From an uncultured Acidimicrobiaceae bacterium (lineage in GTDB: Bacteria; Actinomycetota; Acidimicrobiia; Acidimicrobiales; RAAP-2), in NCBI GenBank assembly GCA_903894295.1, contig CAITPI010000134.1:4793-68792 (forward strand): a DNA stretch of 64,000 nt, read 5' to 3'. The notes beneath the pieces are model-generated. The model worked only from the letters and a program-made list of their open reading frames with translations, searched no databases and had not been told where the DNA came from. This document shows positions 35,544 through 45,876 of this stretch, piece by piece. The stretch's first letter is position 1, and each line of letters opens with the position of its first letter. The translations under genes were made by a program, and so were the position numbers.

Positions 35544-36941
35544 TCAGGCCGGAACGACCGGGATGGTGGACAGCCCGGCGGCGAAGCGGGCATCGCTGAC
35601 CGCCTCGTCCTGCATCTGTCCGCTCAGGTAGGAGTCGTAGGCGGCGAGGTCGAAGTGACCATGACCGCACAGGGCCGTGAGGATCACCTTCTCTTCGCCG
35701 GTCTCCTTGCAGGCCAGCGCTTCCCGCACCGCCGCCGCGATGGCGTGGGTGGGCTCGGGGGCCGGGAGGATCCCTTCGGTCCGGACGAACTGCATGGCCG
35801 CCGCGAAGCACTCCATCTGGGGAATGGCGATGGCCTCCATCAGGCCCAGTTCGTAGATGTGGGAGATCAGCGGCGCCATGCCGTGGTAGCGGAGCCCACC
35901 GGCGTGGATGGGATCGGGCATGAACTGGTGGCCGAGCGTGTGCATCTTCATCAATGGGGTCATCCCCGCCGTGTCGCCGAAGTCGTAGGCGTAGACGCCC
36001 CGGGTGAGCGACGGGCACGAGGCCGGCTCAACCGCCCGGATCACCGGATTCATGTTGCCGGCCATCTTCTCCCGAAGGAACGGGAACGCCAGGCCACCGA
36101 AGTTGGAGCCACCACCGGTGCAGCCGACCAGGAGGTCCGGGGCCTTCTCGCCGGCCTTCGCCAGCTGCAGGAGGGCCTCTTCACCGATGATCGTCTGGTG
36201 CATCAGGACATGGTTCAGCACCGAGCCGAGGGCGTACCGGGTCTCGGGATCGGGTGCGGCCACCTCCACCGCTTCGGAAATCGCGATGCCCAACGAGCCC
36301 GGGCTGTTCGGATCGGCGGCCAGGATGGCCCGTCCGGCCTCGGTCAGTTCGCTCGGCGAGCGGTGCACCTTGCCGCCGAACGCCTCCATCATGAGCCGGC
36401 GGTAGGGCTTCTGGTCGTAGGAGGCACCCACCTGCCAGACCTCACACTCAAGGCCGAACAGGGCGCAGGCGAACGACAGGGCGGTCCCCCACTGGCCGGC
36501 TCCGGTCTCCGTGGTCAGGCGCTTCACGCCGGCCTTGGCGTTGTAGTACGCCTGCGGCACCGCGGTGTTGGGCTTGTGGGAGCCGGCCGGCGAGACCCCT
36601 TCGTACTTGTAGTAGATCCGGGCCGGGGTATCGAGCAACTGCTCCAGACGATGGGCCCGGAAGAGCGGGCTCGGACGCCACTGGCGGTAGACGTCGAGCA
36701 CCGCGCCGGGGATGTCGATGTAGCGGTCCTGGCTCACCTCCTGGAGAATCAGGTCCATCGGGAAGAGCGGGGCAAAGTCTTCGGGACCGGCCGGCTCGAG
36801 CGTGCCGGGATGCAGGGCCGGCGGAGGCGGCGAGGGCAGGTCGGGGACGATGTTGTACCACGCCGTGGGCATCTCGCTCTCGTCCAGGACGATCTTGTGC
36901 TGGTTGACGGTTTCGTTGATCACGACGTCTCCTTGGTCCAA
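35544..36941 (-). CDS. TrpB2-type tryptophan synthase beta-like PLP enzyme
   Basis: ORF 35544..36941. It has PTAWYN...LIYYKYEG-type blocks ([21 protein letters not shown]), [11 protein letters not shown] and GLRYHG, typical of the stand-alone TrpB2 clade. Confidence 0.8.
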   Translation of the reverse strand: MDQGDVVINETVNQHKIVLDESEMPTAWYNIVPDLPSPPPPALHPGTLEPAGPEDFAPLFPMDLILQEVSQDRYIDIPGAVLDVYRQWRPSPLFRAHRLEQLLDTPARIYYKYEGVSPAGSHKPNTAVPQAYYNAKAGVKRLTTETGAGQWGTALSFACALFGLECEVWQVGASYDQKPYRRLMMEAFGGKVHRSPSELTEAGRAILAADPNSPGSLGIAISEAVEVAAPDPETRYALGSVLNHVLMHQTIIGEEALLQLAKAGEKAPDLLVGCTGGGSNFGGLAFPFLREKMAGNMNPVIRAVEPASCPSLTRGVYAYDFGDTAGMTPLMKMHTLGHQFMPDPIHAGGLRYHGMAPLISHIYELGLMEAIAIPQMECFAAAMQFVRTEGILPAPEPTHAIAAAVREALACKETGEEKVILTALCGHGHFDLAAYDSYLSGQMQDEAVSDARFAAGLSTIPVVPA

Positions 36942-36974
36942 ACCGATGGACAGAAGTTAGCCACTTTGGCGGGT

Positions 36975-38792
36975 TCAGGCACGTTGTTCGCTCCCCCACA
37001 GCCGTTCCCCGAGACCTGAAGCCCGGGGGGCCCGATGTTCGATGGCCTTCTCCAGCACCTCCCGGGAAGCCACGACGGTGAGTCGGCGCCGGGCCCGGGT
37101 GATCGCGGTGTACAGCAACTCCTGGGTGAGCACCCGGGAATCAACCCGGGGAAGCGAGACCACCACGTGGTCGAACTCCGATCCCTGGCTCTTGTGGATC
37201 GTCATGGCGTACCAGTCCTCGACGTCGGCGAGCCGTGACGTACCGACCAGACACTCCCCGTCGGCCTCGGGGAAGGCCACCGCAAGGCCTCCGTCCGGGG
37301 TCGCCACCGTGACGCCCACGTCCCCGTTGAAGACCCGGTTGCCGGGGTCGTTGCCCGTCACAAGAACCGGTCGGCCGGCAAACCACTGTGGCTGGAGACC
37401 GGATCGGGCGACGTCCGGTTTCACCATCTCCTTGATCCGCTCGCTCCACTCCCGAACTCCCCCCGGTCCCATCCGGGTGGCGGCCAGTACCTTGACGCTC
37501 GAGGCGGCCTCGATTGCCTCCGCCGCCTCGCCGGCCCGGGCTGCCTCCACCATCAACCGTGCCGCCGCAAGAAGTTCGGCGTCGATCAGCCCGGTTGCCG
37601 TTTCGTCGCCCGGCTCGATCCACACCAGGTCATCGGATGGATTCTCGAGCACCGCCAGGGCCGCGCCGGCGTCTCCCGCCCGCACGGCTTCCGCCAGGCG
37701 GAAGATCCCGGAGTCGTCGGCGAACCGGTGGGTCGCGGTGAGGACCGTCACCCGATCCCGCAGCGGCCCTTCCCACCGGTCATCGGACTCGAGAAGGCGT
37801 GCCGCGGTGGCCCGGCCGGCGGGACCCACGATGTCGTCCATCACGGTGCCGGCTTCAATGCTGGTGAGTTGGAACGGATCACCGACGAGCACCAGGTCTG
37901 CCTCGGCCGGAAGGGCGTCGAGCAACCGGGCCATCAACGGCAGGGCAACCATCGAGGTTTCGTCCACCACCACGAGGTCGACGTTCAACGGATTTCGTCG
38001 GTCGTGATGGACGTGCACCCCCCGACGGGAACCCAGCAGGCGGTGGATGGTGGAGGGTTCGAGCGCCGCCAATCTTTCCGCCAGTGGGCGGTCGACCACG
38101 CCGGACTCCTGCAGCTGGACCACGGCGCTCCGCACCGCTTCGCCCATCCGGCTGGCCGCCTTCCCCGTCGGAGCCACCAGCGCCACGTCGAGGTCGTGTC
38201 CTTCCTCCTGGGCGCGTCGCAGGGCCGCCACCAGAATGCGGGCCACCGTGTGGGTCTTGCCGGTGCCCGGCCCGCCGGCGATGACCGAAAGCCCGTCGGT
38301 CAGGGCCCGGCGGGCGGCGGCCCGTTGCTCGTGGTGTTCGGGTTCGAAGAGCTCTCCAAGAAGTTCGTCGACCCCGTCGGTGACGCCACGGCTGGCCGCC
38401 CGGGTGGCCAGTTCGTCCGCCACCCGGGTCTCATGGACCCAGTATCGGTGGAGATAGAGGCGGTTGTGGTCGAGGACGAGTGGCCGGAGGGGCACCCGAT
38501 GGGCCTCGGACGGTGTGGCCACCAGGCCCGTCGGGAAGAGCAGGGCCTGCCACTCCTCCGGCGGGCGGGCGGAGGTCTCCGGAGAGTCGTCGAGGCGGAG
38601 ACAGACACTGCCGAGACGCGGCGCCCGGGCTGCCAGCGCCATGACCCACAGGGCATCATCGGTGAGACCGGGCGCCAGACGCTTCATGAGCGCCGCAAAC
38701 TGGATGTCGAACGCATCGAAAACGCCTGGCCCGCCCATGGTGCCAAGGATCCGCACCGCGGCCGGAACATGGGGCGCCTCCAACTTCCTCAC
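36975..38792 (-). CDS. recD: exodeoxyribonuclease V alpha subunit
   Basis: ORF 36975..38792 (GTGA overlap with recB). It has the SF1 helicase Walker A IAGGPGTGKTHT, VVVDETSMV, and a C-terminal AMTIHKSQGSEFD...YTAITRAR. Confidence 0.85.
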   Translation of the reverse strand: MRKLEAPHVPAAVRILGTMGGPGVFDAFDIQFAALMKRLAPGLTDDALWVMALAARAPRLGSVCLRLDDSPETSARPPEEWQALLFPTGLVATPSEAHRVPLRPLVLDHNRLYLHRYWVHETRVADELATRAASRGVTDGVDELLGELFEPEHHEQRAAARRALTDGLSVIAGGPGTGKTHTVARILVAALRRAQEEGHDLDVALVAPTGKAASRMGEAVRSAVVQLQESGVVDRPLAERLAALEPSTIHRLLGSRRGVHVHHDRRNPLNVDLVVVDETSMVALPLMARLLDALPAEADLVLVGDPFQLTSIEAGTVMDDIVGPAGRATAARLLESDDRWEGPLRDRVTVLTATHRFADDSGIFRLAEAVRAGDAGAALAVLENPSDDLVWIEPGDETATGLIDAELLAAARLMVEAARAGEAAEAIEAASSVKVLAATRMGPGGVREWSERIKEMVKPDVARSGLQPQWFAGRPVLVTGNDPGNRVFNGDVGVTVATPDGGLAVAFPEADGECLVGTSRLADVEDWYAMTIHKSQGSEFDHVVVSLPRVDSRVLTQELLYTAITRARRRLTVVASREVLEKAIEHRAPRASGLGERLWGSEQRA

Positions 38793-41700
38793 TCCTCCCC
38801 TCCTTCCAGCAGGTCACTGAGTTGGACCACAAGTCCCGGGGGAATCGCCCAGTGGAAGACACCTTCACCATTGGGTGTGTCCGGCCCGCCCATGCCCCGG
38901 AGGTACAGGTACAGGGCACCGCCGAGTTGGCGCTCGGGTTGGTAGGCAGGATCCCGCCAACGGAGATAGCGGTGCAGGGCTATCGAGTAGATCAGGGCCT
39001 GGAGCGGGTAGTCGTGTTCCTCCATCGAACGGGCCATCGCCGCCCGGTCGTAATCGCCGGACCTGACCGCACTCCGGGCCCGGTTGAGCCGGTTGCTCTT
39101 GTAGTCGGCGACAAGATAGACCCATGAGCCGTCATTGCGCCTTCGCCTCAGCACGAGGTCGATGCTTCCGTTCAGGTGTCCCGCCAACACCACATTCCGG
39201 TCCCCCCGAGCCAGGTGGCGGGCCCATTCCCGGAACGGATCATCGGCGTCAAGACCGTCGGCAACCACGGTGGCCAGACGGGACAGGTTGGCCGGAGACC
39301 CGTCTCCGGCCAGGGTGAGTTCGAACCTGACCTCGTTGAGTCGGTCGGCCCAGGTGAACGCCGTCAGCGCCCGGTCGCCAGCGGGTGGGCCAAGCGGCGT
39401 CCGGAGAGCCTGCACGAGTCCCTCCTGCAGAAGCTGTGCTCCGGTCTTCGTGGACGCCGAACCGGGCCACCCGCCGTCCAGATCCAGATTGTCGCCTTGT
39501 TCGTCGATGCGGGCCCTCACCTCGGCGTCGAGGTCGTCGGCCGAAAAGTCGATGTGCTCGAGGACGGCGTGAACCGTCTCGCCGAACTCCGGGCCGGCCG
39601 GCAGAAGGGCGAGGGCCGACTGCGGTCCCTGGGTGGCATCCGCGTCCGGTCCGTTCTCCCGGTCGACCACTTCGCCCTCGGTCCGCTCGTCTCCGGCCCG
39701 CAACACTTCGGCGTGATCGTCGTCACCCGTGAGGGCCGAGAACGACCAGCGAAACGACGTCCGGTCCGGACTGACCGTGAACCGCCTGACTTCCAGTGTG
39801 CGGCCATCACCTGGTCCGCCCACCGACGGGCCCTCGTCCGGTGGTTGCCAGGGATCGGTCGGCACCTCCGGCGGTGGCGCCACTTCGGTGACGGCAACCG
39901 GATCGCCCAGGCGTTCGGCCAGCCACGACACCACCCGGTCGTTCTGCGGCGAACCTACCTTCGGAATGGTCATCACTCCTGCATCGACCGCGCCCGTCTC
40001 GGGATCCCGGCCAAAGAGCAGGTGGTTCAGCGCTGACGAACCCGAGTCCCGGGTGGCTCCCCACCAGACCGCCACGTGCACCTGCGCCCGGGTCATCGCC
40101 ACATACAGCAAGCGCATCTGTTCGCCCAGATAACGGACCCTGGCCTGGTTGGCGCGATGTTTCACCTCCTTGACCGGACAGGCTTCCGGCCAACGGTCCT
40201 TCTTCTCGGAGGGCCACACGTCCAGCATCACTTCGCCGGTCTCCGGGTCGACAAAGACCTTCGGAACCTTCCCGCTGCTGAACTTCCACAGGGTGGGAAC
40301 CATCACCACCGGAAACTCCAGACCCTTGGATCCGAAGACGGTCATGATCTGCACTGCCTCGGTGTCGGACTCCACCCGTCGACTCACCACGTCCGAAGAC
40401 TGGTCCCCGTCGCCCTCTTCCCCCCCGGCTGGCTCCTTCTCGAGGAGCGCCAGCAGTCCGGCCGGCTTCAGCCGACCCCCGGGCACTTCGGCGTGGAGGA
40501 ACTCGGTGAGATGCTCGAGATCGGTCAGGTTCCGGTCGCCCCGGGCCCGGGCCAACACGTACTCGGTCACCCTGGACTCACGGGCGATGATCTCGAAGGC
40601 CTGGGCGACCGGATGGTCGACGAAGAGCTGGGCCCAGACCGCCAGTTGGTCCTGCACCTGCTGGATGTCGGCGTCACTGGCGGCATCCAGTGCTTCGGCA
40701 CTGCGTCCGAAGAACCAACCGAGGGCCGCCATGCGCGCCCGAACCCGGTCCGAAGGCCGTTCCAACGCCAGCAGCAACGCCCTCATCTGGAACGCGGCGT
40801 CCGATGCCAGCACGCTGCCCGGCCGGGACGTGACGGCCGGAATTCCCTGGAAGACGAGCGCCTGCTGGATCTCGGCCGCTTCCGCCCTCGTCAGGGTCAG
40901 GACCGCCACATCCGACGGGTGGAGCCGGCTTCCGCCGTGACTCTCCCCACCTTCGGCCACCCGGCCGTGATCCAGCAGATGACGAACGTGGCCCACCACA
41001 TCGGCCACCACGTAGCGCTCCACGTCAGAGGCGTAGAGATGGCCGTTGTTCGACGTCTTGAGATCCGGATCGACGACCACCCGCACGGAAAGCGGGGGCA
41101 GGGCCGCGCCTTCGTCGGTGGTCAGTCGAAGTTCTTCATTGGCCGGTGCCGCGTCGACCGACGTGAACGGAATCCGCCGGTCACCGAAGATCGAACCCCG
41201 CATCAGGACCTCGAGGGCCGCCAGGAGTTCGCCCGACGAGCGCCAGTTGGTCTGGAGCATCAGCAAATCCGATGGTTCGGTTGCGTCGAGGGCCGTCAGG
41301 TAGGTGTCGATGTCGGCTCCCCGGAAGCTGTAGATGGCCTGCTTGGCGTCACCAACCGTCACCAGCGTGTGGTCACCGGCGTCCTGACCGAACAAGTGGT
41401 TGAAGATCTCCCACTGGGCCTGGTCGGTATCCTGGAACTCGTCGATGAGGGCCACCTTGTACCGATTCCGGACCACCGCTACCGCCTGGGCTCCTTCCGG
41501 CTCCTTCAGCACCCGGGCGACGTCATCCAGCAGGTCGGAGAAGTTGACCGTGCCATCGAGGTCCCGTCGCTCCTTCATCAGATTCCGCGCCCGTTTCACG
41601 AGGGTGGCCATCAGTTGCGCCTCGGGTGACGCACGGTTCCCTGACCGGGGGGCGATCCCGAGGTAGGGGCGCTGGGTCAGGGTCCGGACCTCGCCGGCCA

Positions 41701-42295
41701 GTTTCGAAGGTGTCGGAAGTGATGCCCCCGGGCTGGTTGACTCCACCGACTCGGTGGCCAGTACGTCCGAGGTGATCTCGTCGATGATCTCGTTGCTGTT
41801 CTCCACCAGCGTGGCCTCGGGGTCCAGTCCACTCCCGGCTCCGAGCGAGCTGCGGATCTGGCGGGCAAAGCCGTGGATGGTCGTGATGGTCATGGCATCG
41901 AAATCGGCCACCGCATCCCTCAGGAGGGTGCTTCGGAGGCGCACGTCATCGGGATCACCCTGACGGAGGAATCCGACCAGGGAGTCGCCACTCTCCGGCC
42001 CATCGTCGGTCGCCAAAGCACCGGCTGAAAGCTCCAGTAGATCGGCCACTTCGATCAGGCGCTGGCGGATCCGCGACCGCAGTTCGTTGGTCGCTGCCCT
42101 CGTGAACGTCACCACCAACAGTTGATCGGCCGTTACGTGGCCCTCGGCCACGTAACGGACTACGAGGGACGACAGGGCATGGGTCTTTCCGGTCCCGGCA
42201 CTGGCCTCGATGAACAGCCGGCCGGTCAGATCCGGGACGAGGGGGGCGGTGACATCGAACACCTTGACTGCGTCGCCACGCTCCGGCGTACCCAT
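38789..42295 (-). CDS. recB: exodeoxyribonuclease V beta subunit (UvrD-type helicase plus PD-(D/E)xK nuclease)
   Basis: ORF 38789..42298, with the ATG at 42295 preferred. It has ASAGTGKTH, FTRAATNELR, LIDEFQDTD and TIHGFA. The C-terminal nuclease block is GSIDLV...ADYKSN. Confidence 0.85.
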   Translation of the reverse strand: MGTPERGDAVKVFDVTAPLVPDLTGRLFIEASAGTGKTHALSSLVVRYVAEGHVTADQLLVVTFTRAATNELRSRIRQRLIEVADLLELSAGALATDDGPESGDSLVGFLRQGDPDDVRLRSTLLRDAVADFDAMTITTIHGFARQIRSSLGAGSGLDPEATLVENSNEIIDEITSDVLATESVESTSPGASLPTPSKLAGEVRTLTQRPYLGIAPRSGNRASPEAQLMATLVKRARNLMKERRDLDGTVNFSDLLDDVARVLKEPEGAQAVAVVRNRYKVALIDEFQDTDQAQWEIFNHLFGQDAGDHTLVTVGDAKQAIYSFRGADIDTYLTALDATEPSDLLMLQTNWRSSGELLAALEVLMRGSIFGDRRIPFTSVDAAPANEELRLTTDEGAALPPLSVRVVVDPDLKTSNNGHLYASDVERYVVADVVGHVRHLLDHGRVAEGGESHGGSRLHPSDVAVLTLTRAEAAEIQQALVFQGIPAVTSRPGSVLASDAAFQMRALLLALERPSDRVRARMAALGWFFGRSAEALDAASDADIQQVQDQLAVWAQLFVDHPVAQAFEIIARESRVTEYVLARARGDRNLTDLEHLTEFLHAEVPGGRLKPAGLLALLEKEPAGGEEGDGDQSSDVVSRRVESDTEAVQIMTVFGSKGLEFPVVMVPTLWKFSSGKVPKVFVDPETGEVMLDVWPSEKKDRWPEACPVKEVKHRANQARVRYLGEQMRLLYVAMTRAQVHVAVWWGATRDSGSSALNHLLFGRDPETGAVDAGVMTIPKVGSPQNDRVVSWLAERLGDPVAVTEVAPPPEVPTDPWQPPDEGPSVGGPGDGRTLEVRRFTVSPDRTSFRWSFSALTGDDDHAEVLRAGDERTEGEVVDRENGPDADATQGPQSALALLPAGPEFGETVHAVLEHIDFSADDLDAEVRARIDEQGDNLDLDGGWPGSASTKTGAQLLQEGLVQALRTPLGPPAGDRALTAFTWADRLNEVRFELTLAGDGSPANLSRLATVVADGLDADDPFREWARHLARGDRNVVLAGHLNGSIDLVLRRRRNDGSWVYLVADYKSNRLNRARSAVRSGDYDRAAMARSMEEHDYPLQALIYSIALHRYLRWRDPAYQPERQLGGALYLYLRGMGGPDTPNGEGVFHWAIPPGLVVQLSDLLEGGEE

Positions 42296-45200
42296 CAACC
42301 CGCACCGCCGGAAACATCAGGGTCGGATGGCGGAGCCGGGGTCGGGACGGGAGACAGGTCCTGGGCAACTCCGTCGAAACCGTTGAACGCGCCCCAGATG
42401 GCGTTGGCCACATGATCCATGTAACCCGGTTGGCCCGGATCGCCCGGATCGCCCGAGGGAACCGGCCGCCGCCTCATGTCCAACAGGTCGGTCGAGGCGA
42501 AGGCGAGTTCCATCCCCGGACCGTTGCGCTCACCGACCTGCGATCCTCCGCCGTTCCAATCACCTTCCATGGCTTGGTCGGCGACGAGGGCCCACGAGGT
42601 CTTCGGGAAGAAAGGCACCGGCTCGCGCAGTCCTTGTCGATACCAACCGACCATGTTCTCCAGTGCCTCCCGGGCCGTTTCCCGACACCGGTCAGGCCCT
42701 TCATCTTCCGTCGTGAAGGCATACGACGTCGCAGCAAACTTTGAGTTGGCGTCTTCGTGTCGGCCGATGACCGTCGTGGACCAGGTCGAAGAGGGATCGT
42801 CGGCCACAAGCGCCACGAACGAGAGCCAGGCGCCCAGTTTGTTCTTGGGCCGCAACCTGGAAAAGGTCGGAACGATGCAGTGCCGGCCATCCGGTCCCGA
42901 AACCTCGACCGATCCCACGACCCGGGTCCCGTCGGCCAGTTCGACGTCGACCCGTTGGGCCACCACCCGTGCCGCGTCATAGCCGAGGCGGTCGGCCTCG
43001 CCCACAATGGCGTCCACAGTGGCCGTGAACGTTCCCTTCAGCTCACGGCCCAGGCGACCCGGAGGGAGCGAACCGAGTGCCTGCTCATGCTCCCACCACT
43101 CCTCGGTGCTCCGGCCGTGCAGCCGGGCCTCGAGGAGACGTTGACCGACCTTCCACTTTTCCAGTCCGGTCGGGGCCACCGGGAGAAGCCCGGTCAGGGG
43201 TTCGCTTTCCTGTGGAAGCCTCACCCCAAGTCGGTGCCGGAAGAACCAAGCCACCGGATTACGCAGGAACGACTGCAACTCGTCAAGCTCGATGACGTTG
43301 CTTTTGTCCGGAGGCAGGGGCTCTCCCACTAGATCTTCCGGCCACACCTTGGAGTTCCGACGGGCTTCGGCTCCCCGTTGGTCACGGCGGCTGAAACTCC
43401 ACACCTTCCCGCCCGGTCCTTCTTCGGGCAGGAAGTTGGAGCGGGCGTAGGCCTGGCGGGGGTGGACGCGCTCCAGGCGACGACGCACCGTTGAAGGATC
43501 ATCCGCCTCAACAAGAGACGAGCAGGCATCGAACAACTCCGAAGGGATCACCGCCTGGGGAACTTCCTGGTTGGTCCGAACGTCCCGACCGTCCCGCACA
43601 ACGACCAGGACGTCACGGGCCGACAACACCGCAGCCAGACAGTTGGCCCGCAAGGACGCCCGGGGGTCGGGATCGCCGAACAGCGGTGTGGCGGCGACCA
43701 GATCATCTCCGGATCCCGAGGAAACGGCGAGAGAGGCCTCGTCCATGCCGAGGAGACAGACGACCCGGAACGGGACCCACGGCAGGGACTTGAGCGACGT
43801 GACCGTCACCCCACCCCGAAAGAACCCGAATCCACCGAACTGGCCGTCGAGTCGCTCGTTCACCAGCTTCACCACATCGACGAAGCTGGCCGGCGGGGCC
43901 GCCGGCTCGAAGCTGGCGGCGGAACGGATGGAAGCAAACAGTTCGTCGACCGCCTGCCCGCTGTTGGCCCTGGCTTCACCGGTTCCGATGACGGCCCCGA
44001 CCAGGGCAGACAGGGAGTCGATCCACTCGTCGACGGGATGATCCTGTTCGGCAAACTGCACGAACTCCGCCAGGCGGCCGATGGCTTCGGCGATCCGGCC
44101 GGCCATCTCGACGTCGGACCCCTCAATTCCGAAGGGGGCGATGCCGCCCACGGTCACGTGGTCTCCGTCCATGACCGCCGCCCCCATCAGGAGCCGGTCG
44201 AGACCGAACGCCCACGAGTTCGCCCGCAACTGTTCCGCCAGGCCGAAGCGCTTCCGGTGGTGGCCATCGAGGCCCCACCGGACCTCGAGTTCACGGGCCC
44301 ACTCGACCACTGTGGCCAGGTCGTCGTCCGACAGTTCCAACTCTCGACTGACCGGGGGTAGCGCCAGGAACTCGAGCAAGGCGTTCACGTCGAAGCGGCT
44401 TCCGAGGAGACCGAGGAGGGCCGAGATCGCCGCCATGACCGGGTCTTCGTCTTTCACGTCCTGGTCGTTGATCCGGTAGCGCAACGCCGGTGCGTCGTCC
44501 TCCTCGGCGTCGGGGGTCGTCACGGCGAACCGGGTGCCTGGGGCTGTCGACCCCCAGACCGCTTCGATCACCGGGGCGAAACGCCTGATGTCCGGCGTGA
44601 CGACCAGGATGTCGTCTTCCCGCAGCGCTCCGTCTGAATCCTGGAGCAGGTGGAGAATGACGTCGCGGATCACCTCGGCCTGTCGGGTGGCACCGAAGCA
44701 GGTGTGGAACTGGACCGAGTGGTCATCCGGCTTGAGGGGGAAATCGGCCTTCAGGGAACGACGGTCCTCCAGGTCGGTCTGGAGTCTCTTCAACAACGTG
44801 GAGGGCCCGCTTCCAACCTCGGGAGGCAGCCACGCGGTGGCCTGGCCGGGTGTCGAGTCGGCCAGAAGCAGGCCGGTCTCCCGGCTCTGTCGGCCCCAGG
44901 AACGAAGGAGCGGCGGCTCAATGTGGGACGACCACTCCTCCTGTGTGCGAAGCCGACGGCCTCCGGCGGGAAGGGGAGCCCACTCGTGGAACTTCTCCCC
45001 GCTGATCCGGGTCGGAGCAACCAGGAAGAAGTGCACGTCAGGTCTTAGTGCTTCAGCCAGTTCAAGGAACTGTCCGCTGGGAATGGTCTCGAACCCGAAG
45101 AACACGAGGCGCTCCGGAAGCTCGGGTTCAACGCGACCCGAGCGAAGATCGCCGACCAACCTGGGCCACAGTTCGGGCGGGCTCTCCTGGCCGAGGCGCT

Positions 45201-45768
45201 GGCGGGCCAGGCGCCACAGATGGGCCTGCCATCGGAACTCGGCGGGCAGCCTGTTCCCGACCCCGTCAACTTCGCGCCCGTCATGCCAGGACCTGATCAT
45301 CCCGGGCCGGCGCTGGTGATACCCGTCGAACAGGTCGGCCACCCGCCGGGCCCGGGCGTAGCGGGAGTCCGACGTAGAACGACGGAGGAAAGGAGCGAGA
45401 AGCGGATCATCGGACCGCTCTTCGGCGAGGGCCATGAGGGACCAGGCCAGCCGCTCGATGGCCCATCGGTCCTCCACTTCTTCTCCCCGGGCCGAGGCGA
45501 TCACCGTCTGACGCAGTGAACCGGCGAAGTTCTTGTTGACGTTGGCGACGATCCCGTCCCGCCGACCTTCCGTCGCCCCAAGCACCCGGGCCAACTCCAG
45601 AAAGAGCCATCGTCGGATCCCCTCGGAAGGCACCGCCAACCACTCCGGCGCAAAGACATCGGAAGGCGGCTCGGCCCAGAGTTTCCCCAACCGTCCCGCC
45701 AGGGCGGAAATGTCGGTTGAGGCATGGATCCGCAGCACGAATGGCACCCTAGCCAAGCGGTGGCACAT
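42295..45768 (-). CDS. recC: exodeoxyribonuclease V gamma subunit
   Basis: ORF 42295..45915, with the start probably at ATG 45768 (the exact start is uncertain). Its size of about 1150 aa, its position upstream of and coupled to recB-recD, and its degenerate helicase-like layout fit RecC. Confidence 0.75.
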   Translation of the reverse strand: MCHRLARVPFVLRIHASTDISALAGRLGKLWAEPPSDVFAPEWLAVPSEGIRRWLFLELARVLGATEGRRDGIVANVNKNFAGSLRQTVIASARGEEVEDRWAIERLAWSLMALAEERSDDPLLAPFLRRSTSDSRYARARRVADLFDGYHQRRPGMIRSWHDGREVDGVGNRLPAEFRWQAHLWRLARQRLGQESPPELWPRLVGDLRSGRVEPELPERLVFFGFETIPSGQFLELAEALRPDVHFFLVAPTRISGEKFHEWAPLPAGGRRLRTQEEWSSHIEPPLLRSWGRQSRETGLLLADSTPGQATAWLPPEVGSGPSTLLKRLQTDLEDRRSLKADFPLKPDDHSVQFHTCFGATRQAEVIRDVILHLLQDSDGALREDDILVVTPDIRRFAPVIEAVWGSTAPGTRFAVTTPDAEEDDAPALRYRINDQDVKDEDPVMAAISALLGLLGSRFDVNALLEFLALPPVSRELELSDDDLATVVEWARELEVRWGLDGHHRKRFGLAEQLRANSWAFGLDRLLMGAAVMDGDHVTVGGIAPFGIEGSDVEMAGRIAEAIGRLAEFVQFAEQDHPVDEWIDSLSALVGAVIGTGEARANSGQAVDELFASIRSAASFEPAAPPASFVDVVKLVNERLDGQFGGFGFFRGGVTVTSLKSLPWVPFRVVCLLGMDEASLAVSSGSGDDLVAATPLFGDPDPRASLRANCLAAVLSARDVLVVVRDGRDVRTNQEVPQAVIPSELFDACSSLVEADDPSTVRRRLERVHPRQAYARSNFLPEEGPGGKVWSFSRRDQRGAEARRNSKVWPEDLVGEPLPPDKSNVIELDELQSFLRNPVAWFFRHRLGVRLPQESEPLTGLLPVAPTGLEKWKVGQRLLEARLHGRSTEEWWEHEQALGSLPPGRLGRELKGTFTATVDAIVGEADRLGYDAARVVAQRVDVELADGTRVVGSVEVSGPDGRHCIVPTFSRLRPKNKLGAWLSFVALVADDPSSTWSTTVIGRHEDANSKFAATSYAFTTEDEGPDRCRETAREALENMVGWYRQGLREPVPFFPKTSWALVADQAMEGDWNGGGSQVGERNGPGMELAFASTDLLDMRRRPVPSGDPGDPGQPGYMDHVANAIWGAFNGFDGVAQDLSPVPTPAPPSDPDVSGGAG

Positions 45769-45876
45769 CCTCCCGGCATCGTTGCCCCGGGCCCGGTGGT
45801 CGCGTCCGTCCCCGATTCCGGCCCCCACCGGGAGGGACCGCCGTTGCGCAACGCTCCTGTCGTATGGTTTTCGGCA

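Noticed and set aside
35385-37019. 544-aa plus-strand ORF
   Set aside because: It is antisense to the TrpB2 gene and its sequence is junk rich in G, R and H.
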